Part shown: positions 57,403-64,000 of the stretch, in pieces
Layout of the letters: the number at the start of each line of letters is the position of its first letter
Position numbering within the stretch: the first letter of the stretch is position 1
Assembly (NCBI GenBank): GCA_964475205.1
Contig: CAYYVQ010000008.1
Span: 12,038 to 76,037 of the forward strand
Length of the DNA: 64,000 nucleotides
DNA from: an uncultured Victivallales bacterium
Lineage (GTDB): Bacteria; Verrucomicrobiota; Kiritimatiellia; UBA8416; CAYSRM01
Reading direction: 5' to 3'
Program-made: the position numbers and the translations under genes
The notes under the pieces: model-generated
Told to the model about the DNA's origin: nothing
Databases searched by the model: none
The model's input: the letters and a program-made list of their open reading frames with translations, nothing else

Positions 57403-60084
57403 TCATTCCTCTTCTTCGAGCACATCTGCCATGACTACATCTACTTGATCCTTAATTCTCGGATAATTCGCAAGCGCCTTGGCAAGAAATTCATCTGCGC
57501 TTTTGTCCGCGCCGTGTTCCTTGCTGAATACCGCTGCGCCAAGGCTGTATTTACCTATCTGCCTGAGTGTCATGGTATCCTTTCGCGCAAGATAGTAGTT
57601 AATAAAGCCCAGCATTTGCCTGGCATCTACCTGGCGCCATGGAACTTTGCGATTCTTCAACAGGATGTGCTTCTTATTTGCACCCAGCACATCTTCACGC
57701 TGTCCGCCTTCCCTCAACCATCCCCACGGCATGGGTTTCTCGCTGAGCCGTTTTATAATGTATTCCCTGGTATCCTCCAGCAACCTGTAACGCTGGATGA
57801 CGGTGTTAAATGCGGCTTTGCCTTCTTCTGTCGTATAAGAGGATTTTTCTTTTGAAAGATTTTTGGCAACCTTGCCGTATGCGTGGGAATTAAGCGCGCG
57901 ACGCGCTTCGCGCAGGGCCCCGCGAGCATTCTCAAGCTCGCGCCGTATCTTTGCTTCGCGCTCTTTCTGTTTACGCAGCCGCTCGGCTTTTTCCCGGGCT
58001 CTACGTTCGGCTTCCAGGCGGGCTTTTTCCCTGGCCGCCCGCAGTTCGTTTTCTTTTTTTCTTATTTCCCTGATCTTTTCAAGCGGTTCGTCGGTCTGAT
58101 CAAACAGATCGTTCGCTTCAGCCAGCATTGACTCCAGCTTTTCCAAATTGATTGCAAGCATGCCCTCGAGCTTCCGCGCTTTGATAGATGTTGTTGATTC
58201 CTCAACATTTTCCTTCATCTGCACTGAATTCTCTAATATGGAATTGCCTTCTCTCGATAAAGCAATAATTCGGTTGGCAGATTGGACTATCTCTCTGGTT
58301 AGCTCGACAACTTCGGGTTCTTTTTCTGCCTGCTCCGGCTTTTCTTCCCGTTCCTTTTCCGGTTCTTCCTTTTCCTCCGGTTTCTCCTCCGTCTTTTTTC
58401 CTGCACCTTCCTGCCTTTTGCGACCCCTTTCAATATCCGCTCTGCTCATTATGCCCGGCGGCCCTTCGGGTTCATCGGGTTGTTCAGGTTTTCCAGGTTC
58501 TTCTGTTTCTTCCCCGCCGGCTTCGGCCGCCTTCTCTTCGTCAATGTCTTTTTGCACAGGGTCTTCTGTGGTTTCATCTTCGCCTTCGGTTTTCTCTTCA
58601 GGTTCGAGCGGCAAGGGCCGGGCAATTGTTATGGGTTCCCCGGTAACATAAACAGCGGCGTTCGTGGCTGTTGAAATTCGTTCTGCAGCTTTGTCAGCCA
58701 GTTTATTGAGGTTGGTCGCGGACGCAGCAATGCCGGAGAATGTTTTCGCGGACGCGTCCTTGGCCATGGCAAGGGCTATAAACTCTCTCCTTACCCTGAT
58801 GGTTCTCTGCCGTTTGGTTATAAAGTAAGCTGCTCCTCCTCCTGCCGCTCCCAGTACAATTATAACAAGAATGAACCATAGAAACGCCCTGGACCCTACC
58901 CGTTTGCCTCTCTTTTTTCTTGAGGCCCTTCCGCCATTCAGCGCCCTTTGCCGGTATTCAGCCAGAGCATCGCCTGTCGGTGTGTGTTCGCCATTGCGTC
59001 CGGTGGTTTCAGTCGAAAGTTTTGCAACGTTTTTCTTTGTCTGCGCCTGCAAGGAGCCTTTGCCCGGTCCGGCAGATCCCCTACGCCTTACAACAGTTTT
59101 GACTTTCTTGCGTCCGCCCAGGCTTCGATCATCGCCCATTTCCCTGAGCGCTTTCCTCATATCGCTTATGGCAGAGGCGTAAGTCGGGTAACGCCGGGCA
59201 GGTTCGATCTGCAGCATTCGGGATATAATTTCCGCAGTTTTTCTTGTTACCCGTGAAGATACTTTTTGGAGATCCGGTGGGACTTGCTCAAAACGGGCTT
59301 TGACAACTTCAATGGGCGTTTTCCCTTCAAATGGCGGCTGGCCGGCAAGCGCATGGTACATGGTCGCGCCGAGACTGTATATATCTGCGCGCGAATCGAT
59401 CTTGTGGCGCTTGACTTTTTCAGGGGCTATGTAGTATGGGGTTCCCCAGATACCCCCGCTTTCCTGCTCGTTGGCTACGCTGGCAATCCCGAAGTCGACT
59501 ATTTTTGCCTGCATCTTTTCGTCCAGCAGAATATTCTCTGGTTTAACATCTCCATGAATCAGCCCGGCTTCTTCCGCGGCGCTCAGCCCTCGTGCCGCGT
59601 CAATTCCTATTTTCATTACCATCGGGGGGTTAATTGGCTGGCCTGCTTCCACCATTTTGTCGAAACGCTTACCCCCAATGAATTCCATTACTATGTAAAG
59701 CTGGCCCTTTTCCTGCCCGAAAGAATAGATCTGTACGATGTTGGGATGGTTAAGTTTAGCAGTAGCCTGGGCTTCTCTTTTGAATTTTTCCACAAAATCC
59801 AGGTCATCGCCGTACGATTTGAGCATGACCTTAATAGCCACCATGCGCCCCAGGGTTTCGTCCAGGGCCCGAAACACCCCGCCCATTCCCCCGGATCCAA
59901 TCAGTTCATACAGAAGAAACTGCCCAAGCCGCGCGGGCACAGTTTCCATACTGTGACATTCCGGACATTCTACCTTTACAAAGTGGTCAATTCCTTCGAC
60001 ATCAATGGTAGAATTGCAGTTGCTGCAGTGGATCTCCGATACCGGATCTGTTTGAATATCTATAGACCTGTCCGCTGGTTCCAT
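57403..60084 (-). CDS. Serine/threonine protein kinase with N-terminal zinc ribbon, one TM helix and a long Glu/Lys-rich coiled-coil C-terminal region
   Basis: Hanks-type kinase motifs: GSGGMGGVF, AIK, HGDVKPENILL, DFG, APE. N-terminal CxxC...CxxC. A highly acidic low-complexity stretch (EEKTEGEDETTED...EEKPEEKEEPEKEREEKPE). Confidence 0.85.
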   Translation of the reverse strand: MEPADRSIDIQTDPVSEIHCSNCNSTIDVEGIDHFVKVECPECHSMETVPARLGQFLLYELIGSGGMGGVFRALDETLGRMVAIKVMLKSYGDDLDFVEKFKREAQATAKLNHPNIVQIYSFGQEKGQLYIVMEFIGGKRFDKMVEAGQPINPPMVMKIGIDAARGLSAAEEAGLIHGDVKPENILLDEKMQAKIVDFGIASVANEQESGGIWGTPYYIAPEKVKRHKIDSRADIYSLGATMYHALAGQPPFEGKTPIEVVKARFEQVPPDLQKVSSRVTRKTAEIISRMLQIEPARRYPTYASAISDMRKALREMGDDRSLGGRKKVKTVVRRRGSAGPGKGSLQAQTKKNVAKLSTETTGRNGEHTPTGDALAEYRQRALNGGRASRKKRGKRVGSRAFLWFILVIIVLGAAGGGAAYFITKRQRTIRVRREFIALAMAKDASAKTFSGIAASATNLNKLADKAAERISTATNAAVYVTGEPITIARPLPLEPEEKTEGEDETTEDPVQKDIDEEKAAEAGGEETEEPGKPEQPDEPEGPPGIMSRADIERGRKRQEGAGKKTEEKPEEKEEPEKEREEKPEQAEKEPEVVELTREIVQSANRIIALSREGNSILENSVQMKENVEESTTSIKARKLEGMLAINLEKLESMLAEANDLFDQTDEPLEKIREIRKKENELRAAREKARLEAERRAREKAERLRKQKEREAKIRRELENARGALREARRALNSHAYGKVAKNLSKEKSSYTTEEGKAAFNTVIQRYRLLEDTREYIIKRLSEKPMPWGWLREGGQREDVLGANKKHILLKNRKVPWRQVDARQMLGFINYYLARKDTMTLRQIGKYSLGAAVFSKEHGADKSADEFLAKALANYPRIKDQVDVVMADVLEEEE

Positions 60085-60185
60085 TATTTCTTCTTGATCA
60101 TCCCTTCAACTTGACGATTATAGCTTATATGAAGGTAACGGATATGTCTATATGAAATTTTGCAATAGCCCGTGGGAGTTTATCA

Positions 60186-61007
60186 ATGCATCCGATATTG
60201 TTTGAAGCAGGCCCGTTAACCATAACATGGTACGGGGTCATGATGGCAACAGGATTCCTCGCCGGGCTTGTTAACTGGGTCTTTATTTCCCGGAAAGAAG
60301 GCCGCGATTTCAGCTATTGTTCGGATCTTCTCTTCTGGATCATGTTTTCGGGATTGCTCGGCGCAAGGGTGGCTTACGTTCTGTCTAATCCGGCACAATA
60401 CATAAAGAACCCCGCAGAGATAATAATGATCTGGGAAGGCGGACTGGTCTATTACGGCGGATTCCTGGGGTCGGGTATTGCTCTGATTATATTCGCCCGC
60501 AAGCATCGGGAGGACATACGGGGACTGCTGGATTTTGTGGTTGTTTCGGTGCCCCTGGCGCATTTCTTCGGTAGAATCGGATGCTTTCTGAACGGATGCT
60601 GTTACGGCAAGATATGGCACGGACCTCTTGGTGTACGTTTTCCTGCAGGGAGTTACGCATGGTACAGGCATGTTGATATGGGATTAATCTCCCGCTATAC
60701 TGCCAGAAGTCTTCCTGTCCACCCCGTGCAGCTTTATGAATCAGCATTTAATCTGCTGGTCTATTTTATCCTGTTGCGGGCTTACACCAAGAGGGACCGA
60801 ATGCGGAGTGGACGTATCCTGGCGCTTTACTGTTTCACGTATCCTCCAGGCCGATTTCTGCTCGAATTCCTCAGGGGAGACCACCAGACGTTTATAATGG
60901 GACTTACGGTTTCACAGGCAACCAGTCTTTTTCTCATTCTCCTCGGAATAGTGGCCCTCAGGTTTCCGGGTAAAGGACGCCTGGCGGAGCTTCAGGACCA
61001 AACGTAA
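60186..61007 (+). CDS. lgt: Prolipoprotein diacylglyceryl transferase
   Basis: Lgt signature blocks (YGVMMATGFLAG, GARVAYV, GRIGCFLNGCCYG). Confidence 0.9.
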   Translation: MHPILFEAGPLTITWYGVMMATGFLAGLVNWVFISRKEGRDFSYCSDLLFWIMFSGLLGARVAYVLSNPAQYIKNPAEIIMIWEGGLVYYGGFLGSGIALIIFARKHREDIRGLLDFVVVSVPLAHFFGRIGCFLNGCCYGKIWHGPLGVRFPAGSYAWYRHVDMGLISRYTARSLPVHPVQLYESAFNLLVYFILLRAYTKRDRMRSGRILALYCFTYPPGRFLLEFLRGDHQTFIMGLTVSQATSLFLILLGIVALRFPGKGRLAELQDQT

Positions 61008-61975
61008 TGAAATTCGAGGTCAAGTCCGAAGGTGCGCCTGAACGCCTGGATGTCTGGCTGGCGGAGAAACTGGAAGGACTTTCACGCTCAAGGATCCGCA
61101 GATTAATAGACAAAGGGTTTGTCACTGTGAACGGCCAGCCAGCTTCTGCCCACAGAAAAGCGACGCCGGGAACAACGGTGGAAATCGTTGTCCCGGAGCC
61201 GGCGCCTGTTGCTCTGGTTCCGGAAGATATCCCCCTTGATGTACTTTTCGAGGATTCAGAAATTATCGTAATTAACAAACCGGCAGGAATTGTAGTCCAT
61301 CCTGGGGCAGGCCGCGCCACGGGAACAATTGTCAACGCACTGTTGCATCACTGCAACGATCTTGCCGACATAGGAGATGAACAAAGACCCGGCATTGTCC
61401 ATCGGCTTGACAAAGACACAACCGGCGCGCTTGTATGCGTAAAAACTGCTGTTACGATGGAAAAGCTATCCCGGCAATTCAAGGAAAGCCGTGTATGTAA
61501 GGAATATGTCGCTCTTGTAGCGGGTGTTCCAGAGCCTCCGGGCGGAAATATCGACAAGCCTATTACCCGCAGCAGAAGCGACAGAAAAAAAATGGCCGTC
61601 GCAGATACCGGCGAAAAACAAAGCGGTTCAGTTATCAGGACCCGCAGAGAAGCTCAGACCGGATATGATGTTGAAGAAAATTACGGGGATTGTTCTCTGG
61701 TCCGGTTTTATCCCCGGACAGGACGTACACACCAGATCAGGGTACATGCCAAGTCCATCGGCCATCATATTCTCGGAGACAGGCAATACAGAAGCAGACG
61801 CCATGAACCGCAACTGAACCCTCCGGTTTTACGGCAGATGTTGCACGCAGAAGTGCTTTCGTTTTGTCATCCCGTCCTGGGAAGTCCGTTGGAAATTACC
61901 GCTCCATGGCCTGAAGACTTTGAACGGGCGGTTGCGTTTTTGAGAAAGCGGAGAGCGAAAGAAGCGGCACACTGA
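61007..61975 (+). CDS. RluA-family 23S rRNA pseudouridine synthase (RluD-like) with S4 domain
   Basis: N-terminal S4 domain (RLDVWLAE...SRSRIRRLI). Catalytic HRLDKDTTG motif. Its start overlaps the lgt stop. Confidence 0.85.
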   Translation: MKFEVKSEGAPERLDVWLAEKLEGLSRSRIRRLIDKGFVTVNGQPASAHRKATPGTTVEIVVPEPAPVALVPEDIPLDVLFEDSEIIVINKPAGIVVHPGAGRATGTIVNALLHHCNDLADIGDEQRPGIVHRLDKDTTGALVCVKTAVTMEKLSRQFKESRVCKEYVALVAGVPEPPGGNIDKPITRSRSDRKKMAVADTGEKQSGSVIRTRREAQTGYDVEENYGDCSLVRFYPRTGRTHQIRVHAKSIGHHILGDRQYRSRRHEPQLNPPVLRQMLHAEVLSFCHPVLGSPLEITAPWPEDFERAVAFLRKRRAKEAAH

Positions 61976-62039
61976 ATTTTCAGACCGTCCGGATAATTCA
62001 GGTTAGCATTCTGCAAAGCAGTCCGCTACAATTCGCTGT

Positions 62040-62855
62040 ATGAATTGGCGGCAGATAACTCCTACTATCGTGACCCTACTGGCTATGCTGGCGGGTTTCC
62101 TGAGCATACTTGTAACAATTGAAGGAATGCAAAGCGGCAAAGCCGGACTGTACTGTTTGTCTTCACAACTGATAATGCTGGCCATGATTCTTGATGGATT
62201 GGACGGCAATCTTGCCAGATGGCTCAACGCCAGCAGCGATTTCGGGGCGGAGCTCGATACATACGTGGACCTGACGGCATTCGGCATTGCGCCTGCAGTC
62301 CTGATTTTTGCGGTAACGTTGCAGGCAACAGAGGCTGTGTGGCGCGTACTTCTGCCTTCGGCCGTGGCGCTGTCCGGGGTTGTCAGGCTGGCAAGATTCA
62401 AAGTCAAGGATCCTTACCGCGGACAGGCAGGCTATGCCGGACTGCCCATTACCGCCAATGCAGCATGGGTGGCGCTTTTTGTCTTCCTGAGCCAGACATC
62501 TGGAACACAATCGCCTTTAACAGCGTATTTGTCTCTTGACCAGGGATGGTTCGCAGCCATTTTCCTGGTGGGAATATTCGTTTTTATATCACTCCAGGTG
62601 AGCAGCCTCCGTTATCCCAAACCAACAAAAAAAACTTTTATATTCATTCCCTGTATAATCCTGGTTGCCTTGCTCTGGTTGCTCGATCAGCAGATTTCGG
62701 CTCATGTGGCCCTGGTAATGTTGTTCCTGGGCCTTATCTATGTATTGGTAGGGCCGCTATTTGTTAAGGGCCTGGAGGTGCATAAGGCAAAACTCCAGGC
62801 ACAGGCGTCTTGCGCCGGTCTTGACGCGGCCTCCGAACCCTGCGAAACTCGTTAG
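62040..62855 (+). CDS. CDP-alcohol phosphatidyltransferase family protein (phosphatidylserine-synthase-like)
   Basis: DGLDGNLAR...GAELDTYVD matches the D-G-x2-A-R...G-x3-D-x3-D signature. Multi-TM protein. Confidence 0.65.
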   Translation: MNWRQITPTIVTLLAMLAGFLSILVTIEGMQSGKAGLYCLSSQLIMLAMILDGLDGNLARWLNASSDFGAELDTYVDLTAFGIAPAVLIFAVTLQATEAVWRVLLPSAVALSGVVRLARFKVKDPYRGQAGYAGLPITANAAWVALFVFLSQTSGTQSPLTAYLSLDQGWFAAIFLVGIFVFISLQVSSLRYPKPTKKTFIFIPCIILVALLWLLDQQISAHVALVMLFLGLIYVLVGPLFVKGLEVHKAKLQAQASCAGLDAASEPCETR

Positions 62856-62856
62856 C

Positions 62857-62929
62857 CTGCATTTCTCACGGGATTTCGCAGTGGCGCTATCCGCGCTTGC
62901 AAGAGGAATTCTGTGAGAAATGCGGGTTA
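62857..62929. repeat. Palindromic terminal-inverted-repeat element, minimal 73-bp copy
   Basis: CCTGCATTTCTCACGGGATTTCGCAG-TGGCGCTATCCGCGCTTGCAAG-AGGAATTCTGTGAGAAATGCGGGTT. It lies immediately after the stop of the previous gene. Confidence 0.7.
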
Positions 62930-62954
62930 GAAGAGACTTGAAGGAGAAAGAAAA

Positions 62955-63704
62955 TTGTCAGTAGATACATTGACGGAAAAAATAGAAGAATATGTCCGTT
63001 TTATGGCCGATGAAGGCAAACAGGTGGATGTAACCATGTCGGATATTGCAGCGTTTCGCGCAGCTTCAAGCGCTGAAGCGGCATCCTGCAATGAAAGACC
63101 CCGGGGAAACACCGGCAAGACAAAGGTGTGTTCCGAGTCAGTAGACGATCTTGAATCCATAGCAACAATGATCGCAGGCTGCACGAAATGCGCTCTGCAT
63201 CAAAGCAGGAACAAGACTGTTCCGGGCCAGGGTTGCCATAACCCGGACATCATGTTTATCGGGGAAGCGCCCGGCTCCGACGAGGACAGGCAGGGTAAAG
63301 CTTTTGTAGGCCGGGCAGGACAGCTGCTTACAAAAATGATCGAAGCCATGGGCTATGGTCGGGAAGAGGTTTTTATCGGCAATATTCTCAAGTGCAGACC
63401 GCCGGGCAACCGTAAGCCCCTGCCTGTCGAAATGGAAACATGTATGCCTTACCTGAAAAGACAGATAAATGTTCTTCAACCAAAAGTTATTATCACCCTG
63501 GGAGGGACAGCAGCCGAAGGTTTATTTGATGTCAACACGGGGATTACCCGTCTGCGCGGCAAGTGGCTGTCATTTGAGGGCATCGATGTCATGCCTACTT
63601 ATCATCCGGCCTATCTTCTGCGCAATCCAGCCGCCAAACGTGAAACATGGCAGGACCTCCAGGCCGCGCTCAGGCGCCTGGGCCGGCCGGTCCCCGGAAA
63701 ATAG
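62955..63704 (+). CDS. Uracil-DNA glycosylase, family 4
   Basis: GEAPG...ED...[12 protein letters not shown] and a C-terminal HP motif (YHPAYLLR). A TTG start with a GGAG ribosome-binding site is assumed; an alternative ATG lies at 63003. Confidence 0.75.
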   Translation: MSVDTLTEKIEEYVRFMADEGKQVDVTMSDIAAFRAASSAEAASCNERPRGNTGKTKVCSESVDDLESIATMIAGCTKCALHQSRNKTVPGQGCHNPDIMFIGEAPGSDEDRQGKAFVGRAGQLLTKMIEAMGYGREEVFIGNILKCRPPGNRKPLPVEMETCMPYLKRQINVLQPKVIITLGGTAAEGLFDVNTGITRLRGKWLSFEGIDVMPTYHPAYLLRNPAAKRETWQDLQAALRRLGRPVPGK

Positions 63705-63765
63705 AGAAATGTTTTGCTTGTCCTGAAAATTTGATATGATACATTTCAAAGCTTCAAAAAAAGAC

Positions 63766-63840
63766 GCGCCCATCGTCTATCGGACAGGACCCCAGGTTTT
63801 CATCCTGGTAAGCGGGGTTCGATTCCCCGTGGGCGCGCCA
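63766..63840 (+). tRNA. tRNA-Glu (anticodon UUC), 75 nt with encoded CCA
   Basis: Manual fold. Acceptor stem GCGCCCA/TGGGCGC has 7 Watson-Crick pairs. D-arm GTCT/GGAC with GG in the loop. Anticodon stem CCAGG/CCTGG with loop TTTTCAT (U33, anticodon TTC, A37). T-arm CGGGG-TTCGATT-CCCCG. Discriminator G plus CCA. Confidence 0.85.
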
Positions 63841-63940
63841 TCTTTTTATATACCCGAATCAATGCGGCGTGTTTACACAATTTCGCCGGGTTAAACCCAT
63901 TTTGCCACGCACCCGACCTTTTGCCACGTGCCTTTACAGC

Positions 63941-63988
63941 GACGTTATCTGCGCTCACAGCAGGAATTCCGTAAGAGATGCAGGTTAA
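63941..63988. repeat. Truncated copy (right half only) of the palindromic terminal-inverted-repeat element
   Basis: TATCTGCGCTCACAGCAGGAATTCCGTAAGAGATGCAGGTTAA matches the right arm of the 7639 and 62857 copies. The left arm is absent. Confidence 0.5.
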
Positions 63989-64000
63989 TTATTCGAGTTT

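Noticed and set aside
1-64000. CRISPR arrays, rRNA genes, additional tRNAs, tmRNA/RNase P/SRP RNAs
   Set aside because: There are no direct-repeat/spacer arrays. All multi-copy repeats found are the two families described above. No further T-arm (GGTTCGAWTCC) signatures or other housekeeping RNA hallmarks were noticed by eye; an automated scan should confirm.

Overview
Bacterial chromosomal segment of 64 kb, GC roughly 50-55% by eye. The coding content looks Gram-negative and suggests a sulfatase-rich, glycan-degrading member of the PVC superphylum; that taxonomic guess is inference only. The window is densely coding. From the left edge: the tail of an exopolysaccharide or O-antigen biosynthesis cluster (partial DegT-family aminotransferase, NAD-dependent epimerase, polyprenyl-phosphate sugar transferase) interrupted by a degraded IS66-family transposase remnant. 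Next comes a glycan-utilisation neighbourhood: a Cys-type sulfatase, an alpha/beta-hydrolase (possible esterase), a URO-D-family protein and a 907-aa secreted protein with a C-terminal Fn3 domain. A five-gene minus-strand operon of membrane and envelope proteins follows (PurA-like small protein, LolA-like, zinc-ribbon/OB membrane protein, TctA/DUF112-like, DUF457-like). Housekeeping genes then fill most of the middle: patatin, pdxA downstream of an ECF sigma/anti-sigma pair, a HAD hydrolase, a RACo-like 2Fe-2S-ASKHA protein, serA, BamD-like and LptE-like lipoproteins, rpsT, AddB/AddA preceded by a NERD gene, HU, Prc-type S41 protease, dapF, xth, GH130, a second sulfatase, zupT, a B12-binding radical SAM protein, a histidine kinase/OmpR-type two-component pair and an M48 peptidase. 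The right part carries a minus-strand cluster of three or four large secreted proteins, two of which (plus the Fn3 protein at 9 kb) are clear paralogues of an uncharacterised beta-sandwich plus alpha-helical family. Beyond that lie a DciA/DUF721-like gene, a Ser/Thr kinase with an acidic low-complexity tail, lgt, an RluA-family pseudouridine synthase, a CDP-alcohol phosphatidyltransferase, a family-4 UDG and tRNA-Glu(UUC). Two intergenic repeat families are prominent. One is a 132-bp element with a 17-bp perfect stem, three identical copies, each just 3' of a gene. The other is a palindromic terminal-inverted-repeat element with five copies of different lengths. No CRISPR array and no rRNA genes were seen.
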